Below are positions 63,101 through 64,000 of a stretch of DNA of 64,000 nt, one piece after another. Numbering within the stretch: position 1 is the first letter of the stretch; each line of letters begins with the position of its first letter. Position numbers and translations under genes: made by a program. The notes under the pieces were generated by a model. That model was not told the origin of the DNA and did no database searches. It saw only the letters and a list, made by a program, of their open reading frames with translations. Origin of the DNA: Eledone cirrhosa (taxonomy: Eukaryota); the NCBI GenBank assembly GCA_964016885.1, contig OZ024755.1, forward strand, positions 43,710,001 to 43,774,000, given 5' to 3'.

Positions 63101-64000
63101 TAACGTATACTGTGTACCAAAGTTGGCAATACCAACATATACTGTGTATCACAGTTGACAGTACCAACATATACTGTGTACCACAGTTGACAGTACCAAC
63201 ATATACTGTGTACCACAGTTGACAATACCAGCGTATACTGTGCACCACAGTTGACAGTACCAACATATACCGTGTACCACAGTTGAGCGTACCAACATAT
63301 ACTGTGTACCACAGTTGATAGTACCAACATATACTGTGTACCAAGTTGACAGTACCAACATATACTGTATACCACAGTTGACAGTACCAACGTATACTGT
63401 GTACCACAGTTGACAATACCAACGTATGCTGTGTACCACAGTTGACAATACCAACATATACTGTGTACCACGGTTGACAGTACCAACATATACTGTGTAC
63501 CACAGTTGACAGTTCCAACATATATGGTGTACCACTGTTGACACTACCGACATATACTGTGTAGCACATTTGACAGTACTACCATATACTGTGTACCACA
63601 GTTGCGAGTACCAACATATACTGGGTACCACTGTTGATAGTACCAACATATACTGTGTACCACAGTTGACAGTATCAACATATATTGTGTACCATTATTG
63701 ACAGTACCAACATATACTGTGTACCACAGTTGACAATACCAACATATACTGTGTACCTCAGTTGACAGTACCAACATATACTGTGTACCACAGTTGACAG
63801 TACCAACATATACTGTGTGCCATAGTTGACAGTATCAACGTATATGTGTACCACTGTTGACAGTACTAACATATGCTGTGTACCACAGTTGACAGTACCA
63901 ACATATACTGTGTACCGCAGTTGACAGTACCAACATATCCTGTGTACCTCAGTTGACAGTACCAACATATACTGTGTACCACATTTGACAGTACCAACAT
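51148..64000. repeat. Near-identical copy of 27,269-40,121 (offset 23,879 bp; at least 12.8 kb, continuing past the window end)
   Basis: The offset is a constant 23,879 for all markers checked: ORFs 27315/51194, 28306/52185, 33058/56937, 37516/61395, 39665/63544; GAGCGTACC at 27916/51795, 30031/53910, 36104/59983, 39406/63285. Shared rare variants: CCAGTGGTGAC, CATAGGTTAC, ATATGGGTACC. Confidence 0.93.

Larger units (their letters stand above)
1..64000. repeat. Satellite DNA array, 32-bp monomer (GACAGTACCAACATATACTGTGTACCACAGTT)n, about 2,000 head-to-tail copies, running off both window ends
   Basis: The monomer can be read directly throughout the window, mostly with 0-3 substitutions. A few length variants occur (30, 31, 37 and 15 bp). 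No inversion or foreign insertion seen. The ORF track shows the same 32-aa cycle (3 monomers = 96 bp) everywhere. Confidence 0.99.

Noticed and set aside
118-63968. Hundreds of overlapping minus-strand ORFs (up to 506 aa) as protein-coding genes
   Set aside because: All three frames give the same cyclic peptide from a stop-free 32-bp repeat. There are no unique domains, frameshifts and stops are scattered freely, and the period is not a multiple of 3.
1-64000. CRISPR array (32-bp partly palindromic repeat)
   Set aside because: Repeats abut directly with no unique spacers, and there is no leader or cas gene.
1-64000. Telomeric repeat, iteron array or transposon-internal (Helitron/MITE) repeat
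   Set aside because: No G-rich telomere motif, rep gene, terminal inverted repeats, target-site duplication or element ends are visible. An origin from such an element cannot be judged without flanking sequence.
1-64000. Z-DNA, G-quadruplex or A-tract curvature
   Set aside because: Purine-pyrimidine alternations are only 7-8 bp and AT-rich, and the consensus has no G-runs or A-tracts of 4 or more.
1-64000. Rolling-circle/concatemer artefact or synthetic DNA
   Set aside because: Variants are inherited in nested colinear blocks across tens of kb, as expected from evolutionary duplication rather than random error on one template. Local misassembly of the youngest duplication remains possible.

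Overview
The whole 64 kb window is one uninterrupted head-to-tail satellite array of about 2,000 copies of a 32-bp monomer, consensus GACAGTACCAACATATACTGTGTACCACAGTT (13/32 G+C), all in one orientation. I see no unique sequence, genuine gene, RNA gene, transposon or CRISPR spacer. The hundreds of minus-strand ORFs arise because the monomer has no stop codon on that strand and 32 is not divisible by 3, giving a cyclic 32-aa peptide (MLVLSTVVHSICWYCQLWYTVYVGTVNCGTQY). The real structure is internal. The monomer looks like a 17+15 bp dimer and carries a perfect dyad (ACTGTG-TAC-CACAGT). Rare variants mark nested higher-order repeats at about 128-131 bp, 0.8, 2.5, 5.0, 5.4-5.5 (3.3+2.2), 16.8 and 23.9 kb, with a more diverged island at about 46.6-51.1 kb. 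It is most likely eukaryotic heterochromatic DNA. I cannot name the family or organism, and I found no evidence of a new protein-coding system.
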